From the NCBI GenBank assembly GCA_963727865.1, contig CAVSHY010000024.1:108844-172843 (forward strand): a stretch of DNA of 64,000 bases, read 5' to 3'. Position numbers and translations under genes: made by a program. Shown piece by piece: positions 46,276 through 56,919 of the stretch. Position 1 is the first letter of the stretch. Every line of letters begins with the position of its first letter. The notes under the pieces were generated by a model. The model was not told the origin of the DNA, searched no databases, and saw nothing but the letters and a program-made list of their open reading frames with translations. This DNA is from an uncultured delta proteobacterium. Lineage in GTDB: Bacteria; Desulfobacterota; GWC2-55-46.

Positions 46276-46926
46276 ATGATCGACTTCCACACACACAGCC
46301 TTTTAAGCGACGGTCAGCTTCTCCCTACGGAACTTGTCCAGAGGGCCAGAGTAAAGGGATACAGGGCGCTGGCGATTACTGACCATGCCGATGAATCGAA
46401 TATCGATTTCATCATCGAGAGGCTCACGAAGGTTTGCAAACAGCTCAGGAAGGAACAATGGTTTAAGGTCGTCCCCGGCGTAGAACTAACGCATATACCG
46501 CCGCGTCTTATCCCTTCAATGGTAAAAAAGGCGCGGGCCCTTGGCGCGCGCGTCGTTGTGGGGCACGGAGAGACCCTAACGGAGCCCGTGGCGCAGGGCA
46601 CGAACATGGCTTACATAAGCTCCGGCGTGGACATAGTGTCTCATCCGGGCCTCATATCGGACGAGGAATGCAGGCTTGCGGCTAAAAACTCCGTTTTCCT
46701 TGAAATTACGAGCCGCTCCGGGCACAGTCTGTCTAACGGGCATGTGGCCGGCTGCGCGAGGAAGCACAGGGCCAGGCTTATTTTAAATACCGATTCGCAC
46801 GCCCCGGGCGATCTTATAACCGACGAGATGGCTTTGAATATCGCTTTAGGGGCCGGCCTTAATACGACGGAATTCAGGAGAATGGAGAAAAATGCCGAGG
46901 AACTTCTCAAGAAAGTTTACCGCTGA
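46276..46926 (+). CDS. PHP-domain metal-dependent phosphoesterase
   Basis: 216 aa. MIDFHTHSLLSDG, ..AITDHAD.., GHGE and ..DSHAP.. are PHP motifs. Confidence 0.75.
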   Translation: MIDFHTHSLLSDGQLLPTELVQRARVKGYRALAITDHADESNIDFIIERLTKVCKQLRKEQWFKVVPGVELTHIPPRLIPSMVKKARALGARVVVGHGETLTEPVAQGTNMAYISSGVDIVSHPGLISDEECRLAAKNSVFLEITSRSGHSLSNGHVAGCARKHRARLILNTDSHAPGDLITDEMALNIALGAGLNTTEFRRMEKNAEELLKKVYR

Positions 46927-48124
46927 GGTCTTAATCGCCTCTTTCGCCGCGTTTCTGTTTTCGGGTTGCGCCGCCAAAATGCCTTCTGAACAGGCGCACG
47001 CCCCATGGAATACCTTTTTGTTCAACGAGCAAAGGACCAACGTCTCTCCGGAAAGGCTGCGCCTCCCCTTTGTTCTTTCCTGGGCAAAGGACCTTTCAAC
47101 GATCAGGTTTCTCAAGCCTTACCCGGAAGAACAGCTCTCCACCCCGGCCCTTTCAAAAGGGGTGCTTTATGTAGGGTCGACAAACAAGAGCTTTTACTCC
47201 TACGACCTTTATAAAGGAAAGTTCCTGTGGAGGTTCGATGCCCGAAACCCGCTTGAGGCCTCGCCTGCCGTCACTGAAAATCTCGTATGTTTCGGCTCAG
47301 CCGGAGGGGTCTTAAGGTGCCTTGATAAGAAAGACGGCCATGAAAAATGGAGGTTTCAGGCCAAATCCGAAATCACGTCCGCACCCGTGGCGAAAGGTGA
47401 CCGTATATATTTCTCTTCATCCGACGACAGGTTCTACGCCCTTTCATTAAGTACCGGGGAAAAGATCTGGAGCTATTACAGGAGCGCCTTCCAGACCGTA
47501 ACTCCAAGGATGACGGCCTCGCCGGCTTATTCGGATGATAAGATATACAATTTATTTTCAGACGGCGTAATCGTTTGCCTCGCCGCAGATTCAGGGAAAG
47601 AGCTATGGAATAAAAAGGTCGTAAAAAACTTCGATTCTCCGCAAAAGACGAGAAGGACCCCGCTTGTGCACGACGGGACCGTATTTGTTATCGACGATAA
47701 TAACGACATCATCGCCCTGAGCGGGGAAACCGGGGATGTAAAAGGAACATATAATATTATAAAGGCTTATGATTTCATAGTGATAGACAGAAGGACTTTG
47801 ATTATCGCGGGCGCCGACCAGGTCGTAGCTCTTGATACGGTGACAGGCTCCATACTCTGGAAAAAGGAGCTTAAATACAGGCCCTCTTCCGTATTCGCGG
47901 CGGATGACTTTCTGTTTGTGCTTTCGAATTACGGCTCCGCCCCTTTTAATATCGGTTTTCTAATGAAGACAATGGGGCATATCCAGGCGCTGAGGCTCAA
48001 GGACGGAGTGGAGGCCTGGGCGGCAAAACTGGATTACAGCGTAACATCGAACGCGTCAACTTCAGAAGACCACATCGCTTTACTTACGAACGAAGGAGCC
48101 CTCGAAGTCTTTAGCGTAAAATAG
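46892..48124 (+). CDS. PQQ-like beta-propeller repeat lipoprotein (BamB-like)
   Basis: 410 aa with a lipobox LFSGC and repeated ..G.(L/I)W.. propeller blades. Confidence 0.7.
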   Translation: MPRNFSRKFTAEVLIASFAAFLFSGCAAKMPSEQAHAPWNTFLFNEQRTNVSPERLRLPFVLSWAKDLSTIRFLKPYPEEQLSTPALSKGVLYVGSTNKSFYSYDLYKGKFLWRFDARNPLEASPAVTENLVCFGSAGGVLRCLDKKDGHEKWRFQAKSEITSAPVAKGDRIYFSSSDDRFYALSLSTGEKIWSYYRSAFQTVTPRMTASPAYSDDKIYNLFSDGVIVCLAADSGKELWNKKVVKNFDSPQKTRRTPLVHDGTVFVIDDNNDIIALSGETGDVKGTYNIIKAYDFIVIDRRTLIIAGADQVVALDTVTGSILWKKELKYRPSSVFAADDFLFVLSNYGSAPFNIGFLMKTMGHIQALRLKDGVEAWAAKLDYSVTSNASTSEDHIALLTNEGALEVFSVK

Positions 48125-48127
48125 ACG

Positions 48128-50356
48128 ATGGATAAAAAGTTAAACATAGCATTTCTCTGGCACATGCACCAGCCTCTTTACAAAGACCCTTTCTCCGGCG
48201 AATATGTAATGCCATGGGTACTCTACCACGGCACGAAAGACTATTATGACATGGCCGCTATCCTCGATGAATTCCCGGAGGTCCACCAGACCTTTAACCT
48301 CGCCCCGTGCCTTATTGAGCAGTTAAACGATTACGCCTCAGGCAGGGCCATCGATAAATATCTCACGATTAGCCTTAAACCCGCCGTTAACCTCGATCAC
48401 GAGGACAAGATATTTATCCTTAAGAACTTCTACCAGGCCAACTGGGAAAATATGGTAAGTCCGATCCCCCGGTACAGAGAGCTTCTTTTGAAGCGCGGGA
48501 TGTCAAATTCCGACGAGGATGTCGACTCGGCCCTGAGATATTTTACCGAACGCGATTACCGTGATCTTCAGGTGCTTTTTAACCTCGCATGGATAGACCC
48601 GGAGATCCGCAGGAGAGATAAAACATTATCCTCCCTCCTTGAAAAGGGTTCGAGATATACCGAAGAGGATAAGCAAAGGCTCCTGGATAAGCAGATCGAG
48701 ATAATAAGGAATATATTGCCGAAGTATTTGGAACTCAGAAATAGGGGCGTGATAGAGGTAAGCACTTCCCCTTATTACCACCCGATATTGCCGCTTCTTT
48801 GCGACAGTTTTTCCGCCAGGGTAGCCATGCCGAACGTAACTCTGCCGAAAGACAGGTTTAAGCACCCCGAAGACGCGCTCGCGCAGGTTAAAAAAGGGGT
48901 CTCCATTTACAGGGAGACGTTTAAGGACCCTCCGGGCGGGATGTGGCCCTCAGAGGGGTCGGTAAGCATGGAAATGCTTCCGCTTCTTTCCGGGGAGGGG
49001 ATTAAATGGATCGCAACGGATGAAGAGATACTCTCGAACACCCTTAAAAAGGAGATCCGCAGAGACAGCTCCGGCAACTGCTTCGACCCCTTTCTTTATA
49101 AACCGTATTCGATAGACACTGGGAAAGGAATGATAACGATAGTCTTCAGGGATCACGTGCTTTCTGATCTCATCGGGTTCGATTACGCGAAGATGAGCGC
49201 GAATGACGCCTCCGACGATTTCATCAGGAGGCTTACCCGGATTCATAATATGTTCGATAATCCCGAGAAGCATATCGTAAGCATAATCCTTGACGGCGAG
49301 AACGCATGGGAGAGCTTTAAGAACGACGGCAGGGACTTTCTTGTTTCATTGTATTCAAAACTATCGAGACATTCAAAACTGCGCTGCGTGACCATTAAGG
49401 AATTCCTCGCCAGGAACCCGAAGACAGAAGTGATCCGTTCCCTTTTTCCTGGTTCGTGGATAAGCCACAATTTCAAGATATGGATAGGGCACCCTGAGGA
49501 CAACTCAGCCTGGGACTACATAGCCGAAGCAAGGGACGCGCTGGTCAAGTATCAGGAATCCCTTAAGTCAACGCCGGAATTCGAAAAGAAGTGGAAGGCG
49601 ATCGAAGAGGCCTGGGAAGAGGTCTACGCGGCGGAGGGGAGCGACTGGTTCTGGTGGTACGGGGATGAGCACTCTTCGATGTCTGATGAGGTCTTCGATA
49701 ATCTTTTCAGGAGGCATATTAAGAAGTTATATGCCCTTATAGAGATGGAGCCGCCCGATTCCCTGGAAATCCCCATTTCCTCGGAATCCAAGGGTTACAG
49801 GCCTACCTCTGTCCCGACGGCATACATAAGCCCTGTTATTGACGGAGAGGTGACAAATTATTACGAATGGCTGTCGGCGGGAAGGCTGGAACGCGTCCAT
49901 TTTGGAACGGCGATGCACACGGACGCCCACGGTGGAGGCCTTATCGATAAAATTTTATACGGGTTTTCAGCCGATGCGCTTTTTTTAAGACTTGATTACC
50001 TCAGGGAATTTGTCGTGCTCGACAGTGAGTGGGTCCTCACCATAAACTTCCTCAGGCCCAAATCACTCAGGGTCAGCGCTAACATAAGGGGAAGGTCTTC
50101 CAGGGCCGTTATTCTTGAGAAGCCGTCCGGAAACGATAAATGGGTTGAAGCTGGCGCCGTGAACATAGCCTCGGGAAGCGTTGTCGAACTCGCGATACCT
50201 TTAAAGACGCTCGGCGCTGCCGCGGGCGGTGAGATATGTTTTTATATCAACATAGTCGTGGGGGAGAAGAAGGGCGTTGAGAGATGGCCTGTAAAAGGAT
50301 TTCTCATACTCGAAGTTCCCCCAGAAGACTTCGAGCTGGAAAATTGGATGGTTTGA
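48128..50356 (+). CDS. glycoside hydrolase family 57 alpha-glucan enzyme (amylase / 4-alpha-glucanotransferase-like)
   Basis: 742 aa. The N-terminus FLWHMHQPLY, ..GQIE-like.., ILDGENAWE and WFWWYGD are typical of GH57. Confidence 0.85.
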   Translation: MDKKLNIAFLWHMHQPLYKDPFSGEYVMPWVLYHGTKDYYDMAAILDEFPEVHQTFNLAPCLIEQLNDYASGRAIDKYLTISLKPAVNLDHEDKIFILKNFYQANWENMVSPIPRYRELLLKRGMSNSDEDVDSALRYFTERDYRDLQVLFNLAWIDPEIRRRDKTLSSLLEKGSRYTEEDKQRLLDKQIEIIRNILPKYLELRNRGVIEVSTSPYYHPILPLLCDSFSARVAMPNVTLPKDRFKHPEDALAQVKKGVSIYRETFKDPPGGMWPSEGSVSMEMLPLLSGEGIKWIATDEEILSNTLKKEIRRDSSGNCFDPFLYKPYSIDTGKGMITIVFRDHVLSDLIGFDYAKMSANDASDDFIRRLTRIHNMFDNPEKHIVSIILDGENAWESFKNDGRDFLVSLYSKLSRHSKLRCVTIKEFLARNPKTEVIRSLFPGSWISHNFKIWIGHPEDNSAWDYIAEARDALVKYQESLKSTPEFEKKWKAIEEAWEEVYAAEGSDWFWWYGDEHSSMSDEVFDNLFRRHIKKLYALIEMEPPDSLEIPISSESKGYRPTSVPTAYISPVIDGEVTNYYEWLSAGRLERVHFGTAMHTDAHGGGLIDKILYGFSADALFLRLDYLREFVVLDSEWVLTINFLRPKSLRVSANIRGRSSRAVILEKPSGNDKWVEAGAVNIASGSVVELAIPLKTLGAAAGGEICFYINIVVGEKKGVERWPVKGFLILEVPPEDFELENWMV

Positions 50357-50410
50357 TTTTTGATATTTTAACCCCTTTTCGCACCCTGTTAAATTAATCT
50401 TAAGGGCAAG

Positions 50411-52981
50411 ATGAAAAACGTTACGCCGGCGATGCGTCAATACCTTGAAATCAAGGCCCAGAATAGCGACGCGATACTTTTTTTCAGGATGGGTGATTTC
50501 TACGAGATGTTTTTCGATGACGCTAAACTTGCCTCCCGCGTTTTGGGTATAACCCTCACGTCAAGGGATAAGGGGAGAGACATACCTATGTGCGGCGTGC
50601 CTTACCATGCCGCCATGCCCTATATAGCAAAGCTCGTAAGGGAAGGGCACAAGGTGGCTATATGCGAACAGGTTGAAGACCCGCTTGATGCCGGGGGGAT
50701 CGTTGAGCGGGCCGTTGTAAAGGTAATAACGCCTGGCGTGGCCTTTGAGGATGAACTCCTTGACCCAGGGACAAATAATTTCATCGCCTCCGTTTTCCTG
50801 AACGGCGGAAAATGCGGCTTTTCCTATATGGACGCGTCAACGGGCGAATTCAGGCTAACGGAACTTCCCGGCGGGTCCATAGAGGACGAGATCGGCAGGA
50901 TCCGCCCTCTTGAGCTATTGGTTCAGGATTCCTTAAGAGACTCTTTTAACGGGATAGGTTCTATTAAGATTACCGCCATGCCGAAATTCGATTTCGATTA
51001 TCATGTGTCCATTGAAAGGCTCAAGAAGCACTTTGGCACGCAGTCGTTAGACGGTTTCGGCTGTACCGGGATGGTTGAAGGGACAAGGGCCGCCGGGGCG
51101 CTCCTTAATTATATAAAAGAAACCCGCAAGGCCCCGCTCCAACATGTAAAAAAATGCACCCCGTACCATACCCACGATTATCTGGTGATGGACCACTCGA
51201 CAAGGAGGAACCTTGAGATAATCGAGAGCTCAAGGACAGGCGGGAAAGAGGGGTCTCTCCTTGGTCTTCTCGACAGGACTCGGACAGCCATGGGCAGCAG
51301 GAAGCTCAAGTCGTGGCTCCTCTATCCTCTAAAGGAGAGTTCTCGCATCGAGGCGCGGCTCGACGCGGTCTCAGGGCTTGTCGATGACAGGGAAGCGCGT
51401 TCTTTCATACAGGAGCTTCTGTCGGAGGTATATGATATTGAAAGGCTTATAGTAAGGGTATCTCTCGGGTCGGCCAGTCCAAGAGATATGGTATCCCTCA
51501 AACACTCGCTCGGGAAAGTCCCGGGGCTCAGGGAAATACTCGGAAACTTCAAATCGACTCTTTTAAGAGAGCTTTATTCTTCCATCGATTGCGTCGATGA
51601 GGCCGCCAGGATCATAGACAGCGCGATCTCTGATCCGGCTCCGGCCTTTGTAAAGGACGGAGGCGTCATAAAGGAAGGCTACAGCGCGGAGCTTGATACG
51701 CTGCGGGAGATAGGCTCAGGCGGCAAGGACTGGATAGCCAAGCTTGAGGCGGGCGAGAAGGTAAAGACAGGGATAAACTCCTTGAAGGTAGGCTACAACA
51801 GGGTCTTCGGATATTACATAGAAATAACGAGGTCAAATCTTTCAAACGTCCCGGCGGATTATATCAGAAAACAGACCCTGGTTAACGCCGAACGTTTCAT
51901 AACCCCGGAACTCAAGGAATGGGAAGAAAAGATTTTGACCGCGGAGGAAAAGGCGGGGGAGCTCGAGGCCGGGCTTTTTTCGCAGATAAGGGATGAGGTA
52001 TCAAAATATTCGGAGAGGGTGCAAAAGACCGCGGAAGCTATCTCAACGCTTGACGCGATAGCGGCTCTCGCGCAGGTCTCGTCTGAGATGAACTACGTAA
52101 AACCTCTGATAGACGACGTGGATTCGATAGAGATAGAGGGGGGTAGGCATCCGGTAGTCGAGGCCGCGGGGGTTGACGGCTTTGTCTCCAATGACCTTAC
52201 CCTTGACGGCATAAACCGGATACTCATACTTACCGGGCCGAATATGGCGGGTAAATCCACATACCTGAGGCAGAACGCCCTTATCGTCCTTCTGGCCCAG
52301 ATCGGCTGTTTTGTGCCGGCGAGCCGGGCGAAGATAGGCGTGGTCGACAGGATTTTTACAAGGGTCGGGGCAACTGACGACCTCTCAAGAGGACAGAGCA
52401 CTTTTATGGTTGAGATGAACGAAGCCGCGAATATCTTGAATAACGCCACGGACAAGAGCCTTATCATACTTGATGAGATTGGGCGGGGCACCTCCACTTT
52501 TGACGGGCTGAGCATAGCATGGGCGATCGTCGAATACATACACGATCAACCCGGGGTCATGGCCAAGACACTCTTCGCCACGCACTATCACGAACTCACG
52601 GAGCTTTCCTTGACAAAGGAAAAGGTCAAAAATTATAATATGGCTGTTAAGGAGCGGGAAGATAAGATAATCTTTCTGCGGAAGGTTCTGCCGGGCGGGA
52701 GCAACAGGAGCTACGGGATCCAGGTCGCAAGGCTCGCGGGCCTGCCGGCCGGGGTCATAGACAGGGCGAGGGTAATCCTTAAAAATCTGGAATCGGGCGA
52801 GATCCTCGACTCAGGGATCCCAAGGATCGCCATGAGAGAGGATCCGGTCGGGAAAGATAAGGGCCTTTCAGTGAGAATTGACCCGGTACGCGAGGAGATT
52901 AAGGGGCTTGATATCAATAATATCACCCCTCTTCAGGCCCTTAATGTTCTAAATAAAATAAAAGGGATGCTTAACGACTGA
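50411..52981 (+). CDS. mutS: DNA mismatch repair protein MutS
   Basis: 856 aa. TPAMRQYLEIK, Walker A GPNMAGKST, STFMVEM and DEIGRGTST are present. Confidence 0.95.
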   Translation: MKNVTPAMRQYLEIKAQNSDAILFFRMGDFYEMFFDDAKLASRVLGITLTSRDKGRDIPMCGVPYHAAMPYIAKLVREGHKVAICEQVEDPLDAGGIVERAVVKVITPGVAFEDELLDPGTNNFIASVFLNGGKCGFSYMDASTGEFRLTELPGGSIEDEIGRIRPLELLVQDSLRDSFNGIGSIKITAMPKFDFDYHVSIERLKKHFGTQSLDGFGCTGMVEGTRAAGALLNYIKETRKAPLQHVKKCTPYHTHDYLVMDHSTRRNLEIIESSRTGGKEGSLLGLLDRTRTAMGSRKLKSWLLYPLKESSRIEARLDAVSGLVDDREARSFIQELLSEVYDIERLIVRVSLGSASPRDMVSLKHSLGKVPGLREILGNFKSTLLRELYSSIDCVDEAARIIDSAISDPAPAFVKDGGVIKEGYSAELDTLREIGSGGKDWIAKLEAGEKVKTGINSLKVGYNRVFGYYIEITRSNLSNVPADYIRKQTLVNAERFITPELKEWEEKILTAEEKAGELEAGLFSQIRDEVSKYSERVQKTAEAISTLDAIAALAQVSSEMNYVKPLIDDVDSIEIEGGRHPVVEAAGVDGFVSNDLTLDGINRILILTGPNMAGKSTYLRQNALIVLLAQIGCFVPASRAKIGVVDRIFTRVGATDDLSRGQSTFMVEMNEAANILNNATDKSLIILDEIGRGTSTFDGLSIAWAIVEYIHDQPGVMAKTLFATHYHELTELSLTKEKVKNYNMAVKEREDKIIFLRKVLPGGSNRSYGIQVARLAGLPAGVIDRARVILKNLESGEILDSGIPRIAMREDPVGKDKGLSVRIDPVREEIKGLDINNITPLQALNVLNKIKGMLND

Positions 52982-52982
52982 A

Positions 52983-54221
52983 TTGAATTCGACCTCTCTC
53001 TTAAATATAAGGCTTCTAATTTTATTGTGCGTTATGCTTTTGCCCGTGACCGCCGGCTCGCTTGTCGGAGAAGCATATGGAAGCCCCAATAGTACGAGAG
53101 CGACGGTTACCGAGATAAAACACTGGTCAAACCCCAACTATACGAGGGTCGTCATAACGGTCAACAAAAAGGCCGCCTACAAATCCAGGCTCCTTAAAAA
53201 AGACCCGTCAATAAACATGCGGTGGAGGAGGCTTTATATAGACATAAGCGGTGCGGCCCTTGGCGCGGACCTTAAGAGGGAGATCCCGATAAACGATGGC
53301 CTTTTAAAGATGGCCAGGGCCGGGCAGTATGATAACGACACCGTAAGAGTGGTCCTGGACATTGAGTCCATCGAAGACTTTAAGATCTTTCCGCTTGACG
53401 ATGGCCAATATAAGATAATCGTCGATGTAACGGGAGAAAAAAAGGAGCCTTCTAAAGGCGAAAAAACCGTTGAAAAACCTCCTAAGAAAACGCCTGATAT
53501 TAGAATCGCCAGGGAGCCTTCAATAACCCGCCAGCTCGGACTCAAGGTTAATAAGATTGTTATAGACCCGGGGCACGGCGGCAAGGACCCCGGCGCCATC
53601 GGAATGAACGGGCTTAAGGAAAAGGATGTGACTCTTAAGTTAGCGAGGATGCTCAAAGAAAAGCTCGCCGGTAAGATCAGCGCCAGGATTATTCTGACAA
53701 GGGACAGAGACGTCTTCATACCCCTTGAGGAGAGGACGGCGATAGCGAACAGCCAGGACGCGGACCTTTTTATCTCCATTCACGTAAATTCCAACATGAA
53801 AAGGACCGCTACCGGCGTCGAGACCTACATACTTAATATATCGCACGATGAGGAGTCAAAGAGAATAGCGGCCAGGGAAAACTCAACGTCCAGAAGGTCC
53901 GTGAGCGACCTTGAGTTCATATTGAATGACCTGATAAAAACGGCAAAGAGTAATGATTCCATCGGACTGGCCACCGCGGTTAACCAAACACTTGTGAGGA
54001 AATTACAAGAGAAATACACCGATATAAAAAGTAACGGCGTCAAGGGCGCCCCTTTCTACGTTCTCGTCGGGACCAAGATGCCGAGCATACTCGTTGAGGT
54101 GTCATACATAAGCAACCCTAACGAGGAAAAAAGGCTTCAGGATGAGAATTACCTTCGGCAAATCATAGACGGCATTTCCTCAGGGGTCTTGCGTTACATG
54201 AACGAAGCCGGTTCGGCATAG
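52983..54221 (+). CDS. N-acetylmuramoyl-L-alanine amidase with an N-terminal AMIN domain
   Basis: 412 aa with a TTG start. It has a signal peptide and the Amidase_3 motifs IDPGHGGKDPGA, SIHVNS and PSILVEVSYISN. Confidence 0.9.
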   Translation: MNSTSLLNIRLLILLCVMLLPVTAGSLVGEAYGSPNSTRATVTEIKHWSNPNYTRVVITVNKKAAYKSRLLKKDPSINMRWRRLYIDISGAALGADLKREIPINDGLLKMARAGQYDNDTVRVVLDIESIEDFKIFPLDDGQYKIIVDVTGEKKEPSKGEKTVEKPPKKTPDIRIAREPSITRQLGLKVNKIVIDPGHGGKDPGAIGMNGLKEKDVTLKLARMLKEKLAGKISARIILTRDRDVFIPLEERTAIANSQDADLFISIHVNSNMKRTATGVETYILNISHDEESKRIAARENSTSRRSVSDLEFILNDLIKTAKSNDSIGLATAVNQTLVRKLQEKYTDIKSNGVKGAPFYVLVGTKMPSILVEVSYISNPNEEKRLQDENYLRQIIDGISSGVLRYMNEAGSA

Positions 54222-54229
54222 GGTCTAAA

Positions 54230-56899
54230 ATGCTTCATTATAATACATCTCTGACGGATTCCATTAGAGGCAGCGCGCAAGCAGCCGCCGTCATAAAGGA
54301 CCACCTGTTGAAAAATGAAGAGGCCCTCCGTAAAAGGCATCTCGATGAAAAGACCGGCGCTGAGATATGCAGGGCCTATACCCTTCTTATTGACGATCTT
54401 TTAAAATCCATTTTTACCGTCAAATCGGAAGAGATTAAATGCCAGGACAGTGTCGCGCTTGTAGCCATTGGCGGTTACGGGCGGGGTGAACTCAACATAC
54501 GCTCCGATATAGACCTGATGCTCCTTTACAAAAAGCGCATAACCCCGGCTATTGAAGAGCTTACGGAGAAGATCCTCTACATACTCTGGGATACGGGCCT
54601 TGACCTCGGCTTCAGCATAAGGTCCATTGACGAGTGCATCGCTCTCGCCGGGGAGGACTTGAAGACCATGACGTCGCTTCTGGATCTTCGTTTTTTGCTC
54701 GGGGACCCGGAGCTTTTCGACCTCCTTACTTCAAGGGCGAGAAAAGACCTCTTTAATAGAAATCGCGCCAGGATTTTTATAGACGATAAGATAAATGAAA
54801 GCAGGGGCAGGCATGAGAAATACGGCGGGTCCGTATATATACTTGAGCCTAATGTTAAAGAGGGGGAGGGAGGGCTAAGGGACATCCATACGGCGATATG
54901 GATAATAAAGTCCAGGAACATGAAACAGGTTGAGCCTTTTTCGCTGGGGCTCATATCAGAACGTGGTAAGAATGAACTTGAAACCTCGCTCGATTTCCTG
55001 CTCTGGATAAGAAATGAGCTTCACTTTCATACCTCCAGAAAAACAGACCAGCTCACCTTCGACCATCAGGAGCGGATTGCTAAACTCCTCGGCTTCAGGG
55101 ACACCGAGCACGCGCTCGCGGTAGAGGCCTTCATGCAGCGGTACTACAGGCACGCGTCAAATATAAACTATTACTCTGACCTGATACTTTCAAGGTGCCT
55201 CCACAGGGAAGAAAAAGACCGTAAACCGTTCTTCTGGCCAAGAAAAAAGATCCGGGTTGATAAGAACTATACGGTAGAAGGCGGGAGACTGATCGTGCGC
55301 GGCAGGGACGTCTTCTCGAGAGAACCCGAGGCCCTGATAAAGGCTTTCGAATATTCTCAGGCCTTTGAAGCTGAAATCGACAGGGAAACAAAAGACCTCA
55401 TGCTCAATCATATAGAGCACGCCGGCACCGAAGATTTTACATCTATCCCCGTGTCGGAATCCTTCATTAAAATACTTAAAGGCAGGAATGTCTATGAGAC
55501 CCTGAGTGGAATGTACAAACTCAAGTTCCTTGAAAAGTATATACCCGAGTTCTCTGAAATCAGTTGCAGGGTCCAGCACGACCTTTACCACGTTTATACG
55601 GTAGACGCCCATACGCTATTCGCCGTAAGGGAAATTGAAAGGCTAAGGGGGCCGTACAAGGCGGAGTTCTCTCTTCTTTCCACTATATTGGAAGAGCTTC
55701 CGAACCCTGAAGTGCTGCTGCTCGCCGTCCTCCTGCATGATATCGGGAAGGGCCACGGAAAGGGCCACGCTGAAAAGGGGGCGTCGCTCGTCCCCCGGAT
55801 ATGCGGGAGGCTTAACCTCTCTGAAGACGACACGAACCTGATAAGGTTTCTTGTGAAGAACCATCTCCTCCTCGCGGATACCGCCCAGTACAGGGACCTC
55901 CACGATGAAAACCTGGTTATTGAGTTCGCGAAAAAAGTCGGCGACATTGAGCGGCTGAACCTTCTTTACCTGCTTACCTTCGCGGACGTGAGAGCGGTTG
56001 GACCTGATGTCTGGAGCCAGTGGAAGGGCGTTCTGTTTCAGGAACTCTACTTTAAGACGCTCACGGTGCTTGAAAGAGGCACCTTCGAGGCCGAGGACGC
56101 CGGCGCAAAGATTCAGAGGATAAAGGAACATGTCGTGGGACTATTGAGGCCTTCGGGGATTGGAAGCTCCAGCGTGGACGAATATTTTCAGCTCCTGCCG
56201 CAGAGGTATTTCCTTTCAACCGGCCCTGATCTCATCGCGGAGCATGTTAATATATTGAAGGAATTCGGCGGCCGGCATTACATTATGAAGACAAGGCAGG
56301 ATACCTTCAGGGAGTACACCGAATTTATCATCTGCACGCACGATGTCCACGGCCTCTTCTCGATGATAACGGGGGTTATGGCGGCTAACGCCGTTAATAT
56401 CCTTGGCGCGCAGATAAATACGCTGAAAAACGGGGTAGCCCTGGATATACTCCAGGTCAATAGCGCCTTGGGCGAGATGATAACTGATGAATCGAGGCTT
56501 AAAAAGATTGAAAATGACCTTTCGGACGTAATTACGGGAAAGGTCAAGATAGAGGCCCTGGTGCGTAAAAGAAAGCCCTCGATACTTGACAGGAAGGCCA
56601 AGCCAAACGTCCGAACTATCGTGCAGATAGATAACGAGGTTTCCGAGTTCTATACCGTCCTCGACATACATGCCCAGAACAGGATCGGGTTGCTCTACGA
56701 TATAACAAGCACTCTTTCAAGGCTCGGCCTTTATATCTATATCGCTAAGATCTCGACAAAAGGGGACGAGGCAGCGGATATTTTCTATGTAAAGGATATC
56801 TTCGGTCAGAAGATATATTACAGGGAAAAACTCAAGGAAATAATGGATACCGTCTACAATGTTGTTGAGAACAAAGATTTAAACACCGTAAAAACCTGA
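54230..56899 (+). CDS. glnD: [protein-PII] uridylyltransferase/uridylyl-removing enzyme
   Basis: 889 aa. It has a nucleotidyltransferase domain (GGYGRGEL...SDIDL), an HD domain (LLHDIGKG) and two C-terminal ACT domains. Confidence 0.9.
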   Translation: MLHYNTSLTDSIRGSAQAAAVIKDHLLKNEEALRKRHLDEKTGAEICRAYTLLIDDLLKSIFTVKSEEIKCQDSVALVAIGGYGRGELNIRSDIDLMLLYKKRITPAIEELTEKILYILWDTGLDLGFSIRSIDECIALAGEDLKTMTSLLDLRFLLGDPELFDLLTSRARKDLFNRNRARIFIDDKINESRGRHEKYGGSVYILEPNVKEGEGGLRDIHTAIWIIKSRNMKQVEPFSLGLISERGKNELETSLDFLLWIRNELHFHTSRKTDQLTFDHQERIAKLLGFRDTEHALAVEAFMQRYYRHASNINYYSDLILSRCLHREEKDRKPFFWPRKKIRVDKNYTVEGGRLIVRGRDVFSREPEALIKAFEYSQAFEAEIDRETKDLMLNHIEHAGTEDFTSIPVSESFIKILKGRNVYETLSGMYKLKFLEKYIPEFSEISCRVQHDLYHVYTVDAHTLFAVREIERLRGPYKAEFSLLSTILEELPNPEVLLLAVLLHDIGKGHGKGHAEKGASLVPRICGRLNLSEDDTNLIRFLVKNHLLLADTAQYRDLHDENLVIEFAKKVGDIERLNLLYLLTFADVRAVGPDVWSQWKGVLFQELYFKTLTVLERGTFEAEDAGAKIQRIKEHVVGLLRPSGIGSSSVDEYFQLLPQRYFLSTGPDLIAEHVNILKEFGGRHYIMKTRQDTFREYTEFIICTHDVHGLFSMITGVMAANAVNILGAQINTLKNGVALDILQVNSALGEMITDESRLKKIENDLSDVITGKVKIEALVRKRKPSILDRKAKPNVRTIVQIDNEVSEFYTVLDIHAQNRIGLLYDITSTLSRLGLYIYIAKISTKGDEAADIFYVKDIFGQKIYYREKLKEIMDTVYNVVENKDLNTVKT

Positions 56900-56919
56900 T
56901 TAAAAAGGCGGCTACAAAG